Shown in pieces: positions 45,340 to 57,610 of a stretch of DNA of 64,000 bases. A program made the position numbers and the translations under genes. A model generated the notes under the pieces. The model saw only the letters and a program-made list of their open reading frames with translations. It had not been told where the DNA came from and searched no databases. How positions within the stretch are numbered: position 1 is the stretch's first letter; every line of letters begins with the position of its first letter. Where the stretch lies: NCBI GenBank assembly GCA_000004985.1, contig GG738849.1, one strand, 5' to 3'. Source of the DNA: Naegleria gruberi. Taxonomy: Eukaryota.

Positions 45340-45399
45340 TTTTTTGAGTTATAATGTTCGTTTTTGAAATTGAAAATTACAAAGAAATCAATGGAATAT

Positions 45400-46925
45400 T
45401 TAATTAACATATTTAGATCTTAAAGAGTCAATCTTTTGTGTTTCAATTCCATTGAATTGATAAAAGAGTTCAAAGATTGCCTTGACAAGTTGCATTTCTA
45501 AACTCTCCAAGAACATGACAGTCATGTCGAATCTATTCACATCTGCAATCTTTTGCATTAATTCAAAAGCATTCTCCACGTCTTCCTTATTGAATGGTTT
45601 GGCTAAAAAGTATTTATGTATGGATGAAAGAATGGTGACTAAAACTTCTGGTGACAAAGAATCATGCAAAACTGAATGTAATCGGGTTGGTGGTATGATC
45701 TATATTGTTAATAAATTTAGTGATTATTAAGCCATTTCCAATTTAAAAAAACTTACTCTGAGATAATTAGCAAAGTCTTCACCTCTTAATTCCTTATATT
45801 GCTTTTCAAATTCATAGAATGATTTTGGAGCTGATTGAGGGAATGTTGGTTTGATTGTTACCTTGACAGTCTCAACAACTGGTTCCTTATTTGTGACTGG
45901 TTCAACAACAATTGGTTTTTGTTCTGGTTTCTTGACAGGTTCACTTCTTGGTAATTCTTCCTTCTTTGGTTCAGGAGTTGGTTCAACTTTAGGTTGGGTC
46001 TTAGCTGGTTGTTCTTTCTTTGGTTCAGGAGTTGGTTGTTTGGTCATTTCCTTAATGTTCTTAGATGCTCCTGTTGTAATTAAATCCTCAATTTCCTCTT
46101 CCACAACAGGTTTTTTAACGTCAGCAATTATTGTTGTTTTGGTGACTGCTGGCGATTGTTCTTTTGGTTTTTCTACTACTGGTGGTTGAGTTGTTTGTTT
46201 TGGAGTTGGCTTTGTTTCTTCCTCTTCATCGTCATCCTCTTGAATGACAACCTTTTTTGCCTTTCCTTCCTCACTCTTCTTTAATAATTCGATAGCTTTC
46301 AATAATTCTCTTTCAGTTTCCACATGATTAGGATTTAATTTTCTAGCATATTCAAAATCTTCCTTAGATTCCTTATATTTCTTCAATTCTCTTCTTGCCA
46401 TACCTCTTCTCATGTAACTCTTGACATAACTACTATTCAATGAGAGTGATCGAGTGGCATCCAATTCCGATTCAATAAAATTAGATAATTTGAAATGTGC
46501 TTGACTTCTATTACTGTACACAACTGCATCTTGCTTGAATTGTAAGCTCTTTGTATAAAATTCAATAGCCTTATTTAAATCTCCTTTCTTAAAATATTCA
46601 TTACCAGTTTCTTTGGCTTTTTCTGCTTGTTCATCGGGATCCAGTTGTGTTGGTTGAGCCTTTGCACTGGTTGGCTGTGTTGTTGCCGATGTAGTTGTTG
46701 GGTCACTTCCTCTAACAGGTGGATAACTCTAAAATATTGTTAGATTATTCAAAAGGTATTAATTTTAATTACCTTCTTCTTTTCTCCTTCTTGCAACTTT
46801 TTATCCTTTTCAGAAATTTCCTTTGTCCACTTTTGCAAATCATTTACAAACTCATTGTATTCTTGTGCATTATTTCTGATCTGGTGTTGCATTCTAATCA
46901 GATTTGATTGATAGTCCTTGCTCAT
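45400..46925 (-). CDS. TPR-repeat protein with RPAP3-like C-terminal domain (R2TP/Tah1-like co-chaperone candidate). Exons 46773..46925, 45757..46728 and 45400..45699.
   Basis: TPR repeats (...AIEFYTKSLQFKQDAVVYSNRSQAHFKLSNFIESELDATRSLSLNSSYVKSYMRRGMARRELKKYKESKEDFEYARKLNPNH). A long Pro/Lys/Glu linker. C-terminal helical domain ...LSPEVLVTILSSIHKYFL... Three exons joined by gtaatt/gtaagt donors in phase 0. Confidence 0.5.
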
Positions 46926-47402
46926 TTCCGAGAGAGTTCCGAAGTTTTTTGTATTTTACTAGTACTTTTTTGCTCTATCCAACAGGGTAAAGACGAGTTT
47001 GCTTTTTTTTGTTGTATTTTAATTGCTCAAAAGTTGTATTTGGCCTAAAATTAGATGTTATTTAAGAAAAGAGTTGTAAAGCAAAGTAAGCGATTAATTT
47101 AATTGTATTAATTGTTTTAAGAAGGGAGATATTAAAATAATTAAGGTTGTTTTTCCTGAGTTCAAATTCAACAGTTTTTTAAGGATATTAATAACACTTA
47201 ATTGATTTTATTGTACACTATGCAAGTCAATTCAACCCTCGAAAGATACTTCAATTCTTGTCTTGAACGAACAATTTACAACAAGGTTCAACTTTTGCGT
47301 TTCGACACAAGTATGATGTTCATTCTCATCACCCAGCTAAGAGAATTAAAGCAAATAAAAAAGGCTTGAAGGGAATACGAGCCAAAAATAAAATACAAAA
47401 AA

Positions 47403-50400
47403 ATGTTGTCAACACCAAGTAGCCAAGACAAGATGGTCGATGAAGTTGCAGCTGATCAACAACCAGAAGTCGATGAAAAGTTATACAGCAGACAATTATA
47501 CGTGTTGGGTATTGATGCCATGAAGAGAATGCAACAATCGAATGTTTTGATTTGCGGACTCGGAGGTTTGGGTGTAGAAGTTGCCAAGAATGTTATTCTT
47601 ACAGGTGTTAAGAGTGTTACTTTGCACGATACAAAGAATATTACATTGGAAGATCTCTCTGCTCAATTCTATGCATCTGAAAAGGATGTTGGTCTCAACA
47701 GAGCAGAAGTTTCCCTCTCACAACTTAAAGAATTGAATCCATACGTTCCTGTAAAGATTCATCAAGGAGAATTGAACGAAGAGTTTATTACACAATTCTC
47801 TGTTGTTGTTTTCACAGATTCTCACATTCCACAACTCTCAGAGTTGAGTGATGTCTGCCACAAGCATAATATTAAATTTATTGCTTCCGAGAGTAGAGGT
47901 TTGATGGGATCAATCTTTTGCGATTTTGGAACAGATTTTACAGTCTATGATAATGATGGTGAAAATCCAGTATCAAACATTGTTACAGATATTACAAACG
48001 GAAATCCAGCCACAGTTACAGTCTATGATGATAAACCAAGCCACCAATTGTATGATGATGATTATGTTCAATTCGAAGGTATTGAAGGAATGACAGAAAT
48101 TAACAATACTGAACCAGTCAAGGTTCAAGTTTCTGGTAAACATACTTTCAAGATTCATCTCGATACCACTAAATTCAGTGAATACAAGTCTGGATCTGGT
48201 GGTTATGTGAGACAAGTTAAGGTTCCAACAAAGCATTCTTATCAACCATTGAAAGATCAATTGGTTAACCCAACTTGTATTGATTTTGATTATGCCAAGC
48301 TTGGTAGACCTCAAAGCATTCACGTTGCCATGATAGCTCTCAGCGAATTTGAAAAGAGAAATCAACATCTTCCAAAGCCATACAACAAGGCTGATGCTGA
48401 AAGATTATTGGAAATTGCTAAAGAAATTGTTCCAGAAGCTCTCAAGACATCTTTGGATGAAAATGTTGTCAAGATGTTGTCTTACACTTGTAGAGGTAAT
48501 TTGAATCCAATGGCAGCATTTTTGGGAGGTATTGTTGCTCAAGAAGTCCAAAAGGCTTGCAGTGGTAAATTCACACCATTGAACCAATATTTACATTTTG
48601 ATTCTTTGGAAAGTTTGGGAGAAGATGAAAGCAAATATCCAACTGAAGAAGATTGTCAATTCACTTCAACCAGATACGATGGTCAAATTGTTGTTTTCGG
48701 TAAACAATTCCAAGAAAAATTGTCAAATGTTAAGGAATTCATTGTTGGTGCTGGTGCCCTTGGTTGCGAATATCTTAAGAACTATGCCATGATGGGTGTT
48801 GGTTGTGGAAATAACGGAAAGATGTTTGTTACTGACATGGACAGTATTGAAGTTTCCAATTTGAATAGACAATTCTTGTTCAGAAGAAAGCATGTTGGTT
48901 CACAAAAGTCTACAACAGCTGCTGAAGTTGTCAAGGGAATGAATCCTGCATTCAACATTGTTGCTTTGCAAGATAAGGTTGCTCCTGAAACTGAACAAAC
49001 ATTCGATGATGAATTCTGGGAACAATTAACAGGTGTCACTAATGCTTTGGACAATGTTCAAGCAAGACTCTATGTAGATTCTAGATGTGTATATTATTCT
49101 AAGCCTTTGATTGAATCTGGTACTTTGGGTGCTAAGGGTAACACTCAAATTGTTGTTCCAAAGTTGACTGAATCATATGGTTCAACTAGAGATCCACCAG
49201 AAAAGGAAATCCCAATCTGTACTCTTAAGAACTTCCCTAATGCCATTGAACACACCATCCAATGGGCCAGAGATTCATTCGAAGGTTTGTTCAACAAGGT
49301 TCCAAATGAAGTTAACACTTACCTCTCAAAGACTGACTATTTGAAGGAACTTGATAGTGAAAATTCAAGGAAGATGATTTTGGAAAATATTTTCGAATCA
49401 CTCGTCAGCAACAAGCCAATCACTTTTGAAAATTGTGTTGAATGGGCTAGAATCAAGTTTGAACAATTGTTCAACAATAATATTCAACAATTGTTGTACA
49501 ATTTCCCAATTGGTATGATCACTTCATCTGGTACCGAATTCTGGGGAGGTGCTAAACGTCCACCAACTCCATTGACTTTCGATCCTAAGGATCAAGCTCA
49601 TTTGGACTTTGTCATTGCTGCCTCTAACCTCAGAGCTTTCATGTATGGATTGAAGGGATTCACCAAGGAAGAATACGATTTTGCCTCAGTTGTTTCAAAG
49701 ATTGTTGTTCCTGAATTTTCTCCAAAGAGTGGTGTCAAGATTCAAAGTGACGAAAAGGAAAATAAGGAACCAGAACAAGAATTAACTGAATCAGACGAAC
49801 AAGAAATTAAAGTTTTGACCTCCAAGATTCCAAAGCCTTCAGAATTAGCTGGATTCCGTTTGAATGTTAGTGACTTTGAAAAGGATGATGATTCTAACTA
49901 TCACATTGATTTCATTACTGCTACCAGTAACTTGCGTGCCAGAAACTATAAGATTCCAGAAGCTGATAGACACAAGACTAAGGGTATTGCCGGTAAGATT
50001 ATTCCTGCCATGGTTACTACTACTGCTCTCGTTACTGGTCTTGCTTGTTTGGAATTCTACAAGGTATGTTTACTTTTGAAATTTTACATTTTTTTACCCT
50101 TTAATTACACACCTATACTTTTTGTTGGTGTTGCTCTTGTTTGAGTCACCGGGCTATCAGAACAGCTTGATAATAGAGAATATAATTGTCAATGCTCACT
50201 CATATAGCCTATATTAACCAATGGTGACAATATAACAGAGCGCATCAATGAAAGTACTGGACCATTTATGTGCTTACATATATTGTTAAATTTCAAATTT
50301 TGATTTAAACATACAATAGCTCATGCAAGGTGCTGAAAAGATTGCCACTTACAAGAATGGTTTCGTCAATATTGCTTTGCCTTTCATGACCTTGTCTGAA

Positions 50401-50760
50401 CCAGCTGAACCACCAAAACAAACCTACTTGGGAGACAAGACATGGACTTTGTGGGATAGATTCGAAGTTGATGAAGGTAGAGATATCACCCTCAAGGAAT
50501 TGATGGATATCTTCAAGGAAAGACACAAATTGGAAATTACCATGATGTCTGCTGGTAAATCTTTAATCTATTCATTCTTTGGTAACAAGAAATCCAACGA
50601 AGAAAAGATGAAGACACCAATCAGTAAGATTATTGAAAATACTTCTGGTCCTTTCTTGCCAAAGGAAAAGTATGTCAACTTGGAAGTTTGTGTTCAAGAT
50701 TTGGATAATGGTGATGATCAAGAAGTCCCATACATTAGATACAAGTTCAGAGGTTTTTAA
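47403..50760 (+). CDS. UBA1: Ubiquitin-activating enzyme E1. Exons 47403..50063 and 50320..50760.
   Basis: ...LYSRQLYVLGIDAMKRMQQSNVLICGLGGLGVEVAKNVILTGVKSVTLHD. Active-site region ...KEIPICTLKNFPN. The second adenylation domain. C-terminal UFD ...YKNGFVNIALPF... Intron gtatgt...caatag keeps LEFYK/LMQGAEK in frame. Confidence 0.9.
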
Positions 50761-50835
50761 ATGTAGATAAAAATTAATTTATATTCATATAATATTCTTT
50801 GATTTGAGGTTTAATAATTGAGAGCTTACATATCA

Positions 50836-51936
50836 TTAAAACCAACAAGAACAAAGGGTCTTGCCAAGTACAACACAACAAAGCACAAATATCACGGAAT
50901 TATCGAGAGCTAAATTCTTATTGTTACTCGTATTATTATTACTCAGATTAAGAAATGTCAAGTGGCTCATTAAATTGCTCTCATTAATATAGTTTACACC
51001 ATCATCATCCAGCTGATTAGATGACAGATCCAGTGTGTGCAAATTACTCAAATATTGACTATCTGAAAGGTATTTTGCTCCTGCATTTCCAATAAAGTTT
51101 GTTGTCAAGAATAATTTTCCAAGTTTCGACATGAACTGACTCTCTGCAATATATTTGATTCCCTCATCTCCAATTTCATTCGATTTTAAGGTTAATTCTT
51201 CCAAATTAGACATGTACTGACTCTCTGCAATATACTTCAATCCCAAATTACGAATAGTATTATCTGACAAACTTAACACTCTCAAATTTGACATGGATTG
51301 AGATGAGGTAATATATTCAAGTCCTTCATTTCCAATCTTATTTCTATCCAAATCGAGTATCTGCAAATTGGTCAAGTAAGGACTCTCCACAATACATTTC
51401 ACACCTTCAGCTCCATAAAACGTTGCACTCAAAATCAACTTTCTCAAATTGGACATGAATGGACTTTGTGTTAAATATTTCACACCATCGAGCCGAAACT
51501 CGTTAAAATACAGATCCAGAGTTTGCAAATTTTTCAAATATTCACTTTCTGCCAAGTATTTAACACCCTCATCTCCAATCTTGTTACTTCCCAAGTACAA
51601 TGCTTTCAAGTTGACCATGAATTCACTTTCAGCAATACATTTCACACCTCTATCCTTTATTTCAGCTCCATTCAAATCCAAACTACTCAAATTTAAAGCC
51701 AATTTTTGATCAGTAGAAACCACCCTCACCAAATCACTATAATTAATCCGAAAATATTTAACATGAAGTGGAACAGATTTAGTCAACTGATGCCACTTCT
51801 TACAAGTTAACGAGCAAGATCCAATACAATATTTCGCCTCCAGAAATTGAAAGATCAGACAGAGAACATCATCTGACAGCACGGAGACACTCTCTATCAA
51901 AGTAATCATCAAAGAGGAAGGCACAGCTTGACTCAT
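50836..51936 (-). CDS. F-box / leucine-rich-repeat (RNI-like LRR) protein.
   Basis: N-terminus LSDDVLCLIFQFL...CKKWHQL (F-box), followed by about 10 tandem 24-28 aa LRRs (L..L.L..N.IGDEG.KYI..S). Start taken at the internal MSQAVP Met. Confidence 0.6.
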   Translation of the reverse strand: MSQAVPSSLMITLIESVSVLSDDVLCLIFQFLEAKYCIGSCSLTCKKWHQLTKSVPLHVKYFRINYSDLVRVVSTDQKLALNLSSLDLNGAEIKDRGVKCIAESEFMVNLKALYLGSNKIGDEGVKYLAESEYLKNLQTLDLYFNEFRLDGVKYLTQSPFMSNLRKLILSATFYGAEGVKCIVESPYLTNLQILDLDRNKIGNEGLEYITSSQSMSNLRVLSLSDNTIRNLGLKYIAESQYMSNLEELTLKSNEIGDEGIKYIAESQFMSKLGKLFLTTNFIGNAGAKYLSDSQYLSNLHTLDLSSNQLDDDGVNYINESNLMSHLTFLNLSNNNTSNNKNLALDNSVIFVLCCVVLGKTLCSCWF

Positions 51937-52201
51937 ATTTTTTTTCGTTTGATTTTTTTGCATCATGCGCTTGAAATTTACTTTTCAGGCAATTAAAATT
52001 TTCATGTTCATCAACAGTTCTCTATGAAACTCTTCATTATTATAATATTTTTTCAACGAATTCTTATCTCTCACTATTATTTGCTCAAAAATAATCTAAT
52101 TAAATACTTTACAATAATATTCAATTATTTTACAATAATATTTATTAATTTACAATTTCAATAATAATAATAATAATAAAAATACACAACCATCATCACT
52201 A

Positions 52202-52651
52202 TTATTGTTTAGAACATAAACGTGAAGCAAATTCACGATAATCAAAAGTTCCTTCACCATCAATATTTGCCTCCTTCATTAATTCTTCCCAATCTTCATC
52301 CGAAAGACCAGTTGCTTGTTGAATTTGATCTTTAAATTCCTTAGCTTCAATTCTAAAAACATTCTTTGTATCAAAAACTCTCATTGCTTCAATAATATCC
52401 TCTGATTTACTGTCATCTCTAATTAATTTATTGACAACTGACATGAATCCTTGCAATTCAATACCATCCTTTCCAGATAAATTTGATTTTTTGGCATCAG
52501 AAATTGATGATTTAATCATTGATTCCTTCAATCCCATACTTTTCAATAATCCTTCCATTTCCTTTTCGGAAACAAGACCATCACCATTTATATCTAGGAG
52601 AGAGAAGGCTTCTTTTAATTCTTTTTCATCTTGTTGTGAAATGAGGGCCAT
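52202..52651 (-). CDS. EF-hand calcium-binding protein (calmodulin/myosin-light-chain-like).
   Basis: DINGDGLVSEKE and NIDGEGTFDYREF EF-hand loops; about 150 aa. Confidence 0.6.
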   Translation of the reverse strand: MALISQQDEKELKEAFSLLDINGDGLVSEKEMEGLLKSMGLKESMIKSSISDAKKSNLSGKDGIELQGFMSVVNKLIRDDSKSEDIIEAMRVFDTKNVFRIEAKEFKDQIQQATGLSDEDWEELMKEANIDGEGTFDYREFASRLCSKQ

Positions 52652-53008
52652 TTTGATGATCAAGTGATGTTGAGGTTATTGTTTTGTTGGTAACGGAAAG
52701 TTTTTTTTAAAATATTTTTTTTTTATGAATAATTTTTTAATATTTTGATGATCGAATGTCAGACTTTTTGGATGTCTCTTGTCAAATCATTAGCCAAACA
52801 CGGGCCATTTTGCTTCAGAATCACAATGTTGAATAAAACATTGAGATTTATCAATACATTGCTGTTGATACAAGTTATTGGAATAATTGAAAGTTTCTTC
52901 ATATTTACCTATTTACAAATTCAAAATAGACGAATGTCAAATCTAATATTCTTCTCTGATTACAATTTTTCAATCATGACAATAATATTTAAATATCCAA
53001 TTAAAAAA

Positions 53009-56000
53009 ATGTCTCAAAAACATCAACAGCATCAACAACCTCTCGCTCAAATTTCCATTCCCAGCAAATCGACACTCTACGCAACAGCCATCAAACAAAA
53101 TTCATCATCATCAAGAAATCCGAATATTGGCCAAAATGTTGCTGCTTCTTCTTCTTCATCATCAATTGTTGTAACACCTTCCACTCCATCAACTCCTTCA
53201 GCAAGTCCGAATTCATCAGCATCATCACTTGTTTTATCGGTGAGACCACTCTCTATTAATCAATGTGAATTGTCTAGTAGTAGTAGCTGTGGTAGTATTG
53301 GAGGAGTAGTTGGAGGAGGAGTTGGAGATTGTTTAAAAGAATTAATTAAACAATCGTCAATGAAATCAAATTCTTCGGTTTATGAAAATAATTACAAAAA
53401 GTTGGAAAATGATTTAAATGATATTTCATTTCTTGATTTGATTGAATGTAAATTGAATTGGTTGAAGGAAAAGAAGTTTTTTGATCATTATAATATATGT
53501 CAGGTTGTGGATTTAGTGTCAATGCCTCATTTGGATTCACATTTCAAGTACAAGACAAAGATTAGATTTTCCAGTGATGAATCGTCGAGTAATGTAGTGT
53601 TTGATCCATTTACTTGCTTTTTTGTGAGTTTGGAGAATAGAACTACACTTAGGAATGAAGTGGATTTTTGTAAAAAAGAAGGAAAGAGAGTGAGTGATGA
53701 TAGAGTTTACAAAATTGCTTCTCAATTGATGAGTACTGTACATTTTATGCACATGTTTGGGATTTTTCACACCATGTTATGTCCTGAATTGATTTGTATA
53801 GCTGATAATGTAGGTTTTTTATTGGAATAATTGATCATTTAATTCGAATTATAGGGTGATATCAAAGTGAAAGATGCCTTTTATTATCATATGGTTGTTT
53901 GGATTAATTCATCCCTTCAGACTCCCAATGTCTTCTTGAAGGAAGCTCGAGATTTTGAATTGTTTGTTCCATATTTGGCTCCTGAATTGTTTTCTTTGGC
54001 TTGCTATGAGGAGAATTATTTTCAAGATGTAAATAACAAGTGCGATATCTGGTCAATTGGTGTAATTTTATTGGAATTTATTTTAGGTAATAGAATACCA
54101 TTTCCTACACGTTTAGATACTAAGGATAAAACAAAAGAGGAATGGATTGAGTCGGCAATGAATATTTATTTGGATATTTTTGATTTTGTAGATTATTGTA
54201 AATATAGGGAGAATGTAGAAGAAACTGAAACTGAAACTCCAGACGATGCCAAATATAAGAATGCATGGAAGAGAATTCAAAGATTGGACAAATCACTCAG
54301 AGATTTATTATTCCACTGTTTGGCATTCAGACCAAGTGAAAGACCTGATATGGATTGGCTCATTGAGCAACCTTATTTCCAAACCATTTCAAAGGAACGA
54401 TTGGCTCACTACTCGTATAGAATTGCCAAATATCCACACCTGAAGAGTTTGGATGAAAAACCTCTAATTACCAATAAGAAGGAAGTTTCCATCACCTCTG
54501 GTACTCTCTCACCACTCCAGGAAAGACAAAACATGTTCAAGCAAAAGTACTTTGATTGGAAAAAGCTCTACGATGGAAAAATTAGTATATTCGATTTGTT
54601 TTACAGGAGAATATTTGACATGTCCATTGTACCTCACTTTTTCAGATATAATAAGAATTGTCCAGGTGATAAACTTCACATGAGCTATGCCAGCATCTCA
54701 CAAGCTCATGTCGATAGTTACCTATTGATTCCAATGAGCTACCTCGAGGAAGCTCTCACTCACATCAAACTCTACAATAATGATGCTCTGGGAATTAGAT
54801 CTGATACACCCGAAACACCAATCGACTCTCCAACAACAGTGGATGATCGATTGTATCCCTCACTCGTTCACGTCTCTGGTGATATTGGAAAGAAGAGAAG
54901 TCTCTACAATAAGGAAAACATTATGAATGGAAATACCAATACTTGGAATAGATTTTCTGCACTCATCACTGAGAAGGATATGAACTTTGCCTATCAGCAA
55001 AAGAGAGTTCACACCTTTAGAAAATTACTTCTCAGTTATCCATCGAGTAGGGAGGAGATTATCAGAGAGGCCAAGATTGATATTCCCTCAATTCTTAGAG
55101 GAGAAGTTTGGGCTGCCATCTTGGGAGTTGAAGAAGATTTGAAAGCTGAGGATATTTATACTAAAATTCTATTCGAATTACAAAAGCAACCACTCTCAAA
55201 TGTTACAAAACGACAAATTGGAGTAGATGTGCCCAGATGTCACCAATATAATCCACTTCTCCATTCCAAGATTGGTCATGAAAAATTGAGGAAAGTTCTC
55301 GAAGCATGGGTCTATTATCATAAGAATGAAGGACTCGTTTATTGGCAAGGTCTGGATTCATTGTGTGCTCCTCTCCTTGTGTTGAATTTTGACTTTGAAG
55401 CAAAGGCATTCTGTTGCCTTAAAGCCCTCGTCAATAAGTATACTCACGATTTTTTCACATCGAGAGCCAACTCAACTGCCATGGAAGAGAGATTGTCAGT
55501 ATTTAAAAAGTTGCACATGTATCATGATCCAGAGGTTGCCTCTCATTTGCATCACATTTCATTCCTTCCAGAATTGTATGCTATCAGTTGGTTCCTCACA
55601 CTCTTTGCTCACTCATTGCCAATTGAAAAATTATTCAAATTGTGGGATGCTCTCATTCTTGGAACACCTGAATTACCTGTTTTCATTGCAGTTGCCATTC
55701 TCAAACAAATGAGAAATAAGATTCTCGAATCGGATTTCAACAGTGCCATGTATCTATTCCAGAATATTCAAGGTGTTGACATTATTCAAGTATTGGACGA
55801 TACGAGAAGAATTCAAGAAAAGTCTCCAAGTGGTCTCACCAATCCAAAATTCTTCCAATCCAATCATTCTTTCCGTATCTCAATTGATGATTACAATAGA
55901 GAGTGTTTCTATCCGAGAATTACATTGGAAGATTTTGAAAATTCAACACTTTCGTCCATTTCTTTCATTGTGGACATTCGACCAATTGAGGATTACAAAC

Positions 56001-56347
56001 TAGATCACTATCCTTCAGCCAACCACATTTCCACTTTTATTTCCAACGATGAAGAATCACTCAATCTCTCTGCAAACAACCTATTCCAACACAATCTCAC
56101 TCAACTCACAACTGAACTCAACTTTAAGAAAGGTCTTGCCATCGTTGTAATGGCCCATTTGAATCAAACAGATCAATTACTCCAATTAGAACATGCCTTA
56201 ATGTTAGAATCGATACCATACGTTTCTATAGTCCTATTACATCCTCCAGAAAGTAGCGAATCATTGTCAACAGAGTACTCTGATCCAATCAGAGAACAAA
56301 CTCAAAATTCTGAACAAATTGCAATTGTTCAAGAAATTGGAAATTAA
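53009..56347 (+). CDS. TBCK: TBC domain-containing kinase-like protein: pseudokinase-like N-terminal region, Rab-GAP TBC domain, C-terminal rhodanese-like domain. Exons about 53009..53809 and 53855..56347.
   Basis: Kinase-like region (HTMLCPELI..., APELFSLACYEE..., DIWSIGVILLEFILG). TBC motifs IGVDVPRCH (IxxDxxR) and YWQGLDSLCAPLL (YxQ). Rhodanese-like IVDIRPIEDYKLDHYPSANHI. gtaggt...atag intron in phase 0. Confidence 0.7.
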
Positions 56348-56361
56348 ATTTACAAAAAAAA

Positions 56362-57555
56362 ATGAAACGATTTCAAGCTAGAAAGTTGGGCGCAATTTTT
56401 CCATTTTCTGCTTCTTCTTCTTCCAATAAATTGATAATGAAGAAGGAAATGATGAATAAATTAAATTCAAGTGAGAATTGTGTGATGGCTGCTGTTCCGA
56501 AATTAAATAATAATAGTAGTAATTATCATTATCATTATCATCAGCAGTTGCATTGGATGTTTTGGGAATTAAATAGTGTGCAGGGAAGTGTTAGGAATTA
56601 TGCAAAGAGTTTGAAGAAGAAATCAACAAGTAAAATAATAGTGAATAATCAAAAGTTGATGGAGAAGGAGAGAATAATTGAGGATTCAGTGAATGAGGAG
56701 GAAGAATCAGAGGAGGCCAATGTTGCACCATCAGTGATAATGGATGAAAAGACAATGGATGAAGAAGTGGAAAGGAATTCAAAATTGCAAACTCCACCTG
56801 GTTTGTATATTATTGCCACTCCGATTGGTAATTTGAATGATATTTCAGAGAGGGCTAAATTTGTGTTATCTCAATCGAATATGATTGCTTGTGAAGATAC
56901 GAGAACGACAAGGAAATTACTTCATTTTCATTCGTTGATTTCGGATCCTCCTCAGCAATTGATTAGTTTTGTGGAAAATAAGAATGCATCTGAGGTTTAT
57001 AGTCAATCTAAAAAGCATTTGAGCTTAATTTTGAATCGATTGACTAGCTCAAGTGATGTAGTATCGGTGGTTAGTGAATGTGGAAGTCCTTGTATTTCAG
57101 ATCCTGGTTGGATTCTAGTTAAGAATTGGTATGTGAAATATTTGAAAATTATATTAATTTTAAATAGTCATGAATTAGGAGTTCCTGTTTATTCAGTACC
57201 TGGTCCTAGCTCTATAATTGCAGCATTATCAATTAGTGGTTTCAATAGTAATAGATTTATTTTTGACGGCTTCTTACCAGCCATTCCAAAGAAGAGAAGG
57301 AAGTTGTTACAAGAACTTAGGGAAATACAAGGAAATCGTTGTGTTGTATTCTTTGAAAATCCAAACAGAATTAAGCAAACTTTAGCAGATTGTGTTGAAA
57401 TTTTTGGAGGTGATACACAAATTGCTCTTTGTTTTGAATTAACCAAACTCTTTGAGAGAATTCAAAAGGGAAAACTTTCAACAATTGAACGAGTAATGCG
57501 AAATGAAGATATTAAGGGTGAATGTACGATCATTATTGGCAACAATTCAGAATAG
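56362..57555 (+). CDS. RsmI-type (tetrapyrrole-methylase fold) rRNA 2'-O-methyltransferase with a roughly 150-aa N-terminal extension, probably organellar. Exons 56362..57128 and 57168..57555, with a 39-nt intron.
   Basis: GLYIIATPIGNLNDISERAKFVLSQSNMIACEDTRTTRKLL is the RsmI N-terminal motif. After removing gtatgt...aaatag, the spacing ISDPG-x20-VPGP matches bacterial RsmI. The start codon lies 14 nt after the TBCK stop. Confidence 0.7.
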   Translation: MKRFQARKLGAIFPFSASSSSNKLIMKKEMMNKLNSSENCVMAAVPKLNNNSSNYHYHYHQQLHWMFWELNSVQGSVRNYAKSLKKKSTSKIIVNNQKLMEKERIIEDSVNEEEESEEANVAPSVIMDEKTMDEEVERNSKLQTPPGLYIIATPIGNLNDISERAKFVLSQSNMIACEDTRTTRKLLHFHSLISDPPQQLISFVENKNASEVYSQSKKHLSLILNRLTSSSDVVSVVSECGSPCISDPGWILVKNWYVKYLKIILILNSHELGVPVYSVPGPSSIIAALSISGFNSNRFIFDGFLPAIPKKRRKLLQELREIQGNRCVVFFENPNRIKQTLADCVEIFGGDTQIALCFELTKLFERIQKGKLSTIERVMRNEDIKGECTIIIGNNSE

Positions 57556-57610
57556 TAAACTCTTTATTTACAACAAAAGTCACAATATTTTGAGATTATT
57601 CCACACAAGC

